Shown here: in pieces, positions 62,494-64,000 of the stretch
Position numbering within the stretch: the first letter of the stretch is position 1
Layout of the letters: each line of letters begins with the position of its first letter
Assembly (NCBI GenBank): GCA_013239625.1
Contig: MU053482.1
Span: forward strand, 4,663,775 to 4,727,774
Length of the DNA: 64,000 nucleotides
Direction of reading: 5' to 3'
DNA from: Lama guanicoe
Lineage: Eukaryota
The notes under the pieces: model-generated
The model's input: only the letters and a program-made list of their open reading frames with translations
What the model was told of the DNA's origin: nothing
Databases searched by the model: none
Program-made: the position numbers and the translations under genes

Positions 62494-62599
62494 ATCTAGT
62501 GCTTGCTCTAACCTCTTCTGGTAGGGTGTGCTTTAAAATTTCAGGAAGCTCTGGACTCTAGAACTCTGCCTACCACTGCTGTGGTCATCTCAAGGTAAC

Positions 62600-62785
62600 A
62601 GGAAAGTGGAGTCAGACGGACTTAGGACTAGTCCTGACTTTGCCATTTGCTAGTTGTGTGGCCTCTCTCAGCCTCTGTTTTCTCATCTCTGAGATGGGGA
62701 TAATGTTACCCTGCTCCCACAGTTATCGGGAGGGTTAAATGAGGCAGGGCCGATGAGTCACCAGACGCCATGCCTGGCACGCAGT
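62600..62785 (+). mobile_element. MIR SINE
   Basis: GGAGTCAGAC..GCCTCTGTTTTCTCATCTCTGAGATGGGGATAAT..GAGGGTTAAATGAG..TGCCTGGCAC. Confidence 0.7.
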
Positions 62786-63814
62786 TTTATGGCCTGAACA
62801 CCCCCCACCCCAGCCTTGTCTACTTGTATCCACTCACCCACGAGCCACAGTGGTAAGACGGGTCTGTACCATGTCCAGACCTGTGTCGCGTTCCATGGTT
62901 TATTCACAGGGAGCGGAGGCCTTGACTCTAGCAGGAGATTGCAATCTAGGTGGGAGGGCGAGGTAAGTGCTGTGAGGCAACCTGAAAACAATCCTTGGGC
63001 AACACACAGGCAGCGTGTCACTCAGTGAGGCAGGACCGGTGGGAAAGGCACCGCGGGGCGGGAGGTGTCTGGGAGCAGGCCTCCTCGGGGTGGGGCGGGC
63101 GTGGAGCTGGTCTGGAAGGCAGCCGGGGTGTGGGCAGCACGGGGTGTGGGCCGATGGCAGAGAAGTGGCAGTGGAGAAAGGTGTGGCCGAGGACCAGACT
63201 GAAGGGCTCAGGGAGGGGCCTGAGCTAACGCACCACGAGGGAGCCCCCCTACCGAGATTTTCCTGGAGGCACCAGGAGGGTTTGCTAAGAAAATCACTCT
63301 GCTCTTGGAAGCCAGGCTGAGTTGCTTGTGTGGATGAAACCGGTGCTTCCCAGGCAGGTGGGGCTGTGAGCTGAGAAATCGGCAGTGCTTGGGGGAAGAC
63401 TGTGCTGGTGGCGCCAGGAAGAGAGTCTGTGAGGGACATCCTGATGTCAGGGTGACTGTCCGTGAGATGTGACACAGAGGCCTTCCTAGGACAGTACGAG
63501 GTGCCATTTACCAAGAGGTGTTAACATGCTGGGAGCTCAGACTGCTGGATCCCAACGTGGCAAGCAGAAATGGCACTCAGCTGCCCTGGACAGAATGTCC
63601 ACATCTAACTGGGAGCAGGCAGCAGGTGGACATCGAGAAGAAACAGGATGGAGGAAACGCATTTACAGCATATCAGACCCTGAGCCTCAGCTCCTCACTC
63701 AGATGAGAAAAAGAACAGGATGAGGGCTGGACCGTAGCAGTGAGAAGAGGAAATTGTCTACAGAGAGGATTGGATGTCTGAGGAACAGGGCTGGGTGCAA
63801 AATCATTAGGCAGA

Positions 63815-63990
63815 AACACATGTACACGCATGTGCACATGCCTGTATACATACACATATACATATACACAAGTACGTAGGCATAACCCTCAATTTACATC
63901 CACATGCTAAACACACCCAAAGATCATTAAGGAAACATGCATATGCACATCTGTACAGGCACACATCAACACATAAGTGTATATACATAT
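63815..63990. repeat. Degenerate (CA/TA)n low-complexity tract
   Basis: Read directly. Confidence 0.7.
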
Positions 63991-64000
63991 TTTCTCCCTC

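Noticed and set aside
60754..63514. Several 200-274 aa ORFs in the distal GC-rich region
   Set aside because: Overlapping frames on both strands, Pro/Gly/Ser-rich, no domain or convincing exon structure.
1..64000. CRISPR arrays, rRNA, operon-like or prokaryotic defence systems
   Set aside because: The sequence is mammalian; no regularly spaced repeats or such genes were seen.

Overview
Mammalian (non-microbial) genomic window, most likely camelid judging by two tRNA-derived SINEs of the vic-1 type. It holds almost all of the Dickkopf-3 gene (DKK3) on the minus strand. Coding exons lie at 39292-39080, 33014-32877, 30328-30245, 3357-3265, 2157-2013, 1073-917 and 84-<1 (last exon runs off the window); all have GT-AG junctions and splice in frame. 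A CpG-island promoter with an 84-N gap lies at about 38.9-40.3 kb. The rest is intronic or upstream DNA with LINE-1 fragments, solo ERV/MaLR LTRs, hAT MITEs, MIRs and microsatellites. The most striking oddity is a young 5'-truncated LINE-1 (40691-43208) sitting head-to-head with the DKK3 promoter. Its perfect 16-bp target-site duplication supplies an in-frame ATG, giving an uninterrupted 730-aa ORF2p-derived frame (partial RT plus C-terminal domain) followed by a polyA signal. Five different solo LTRs follow within about 6 kb. Nothing here proves a new biological system; these are candidates to test. Repeat family names come from recalled consensus sequences, not from a search.
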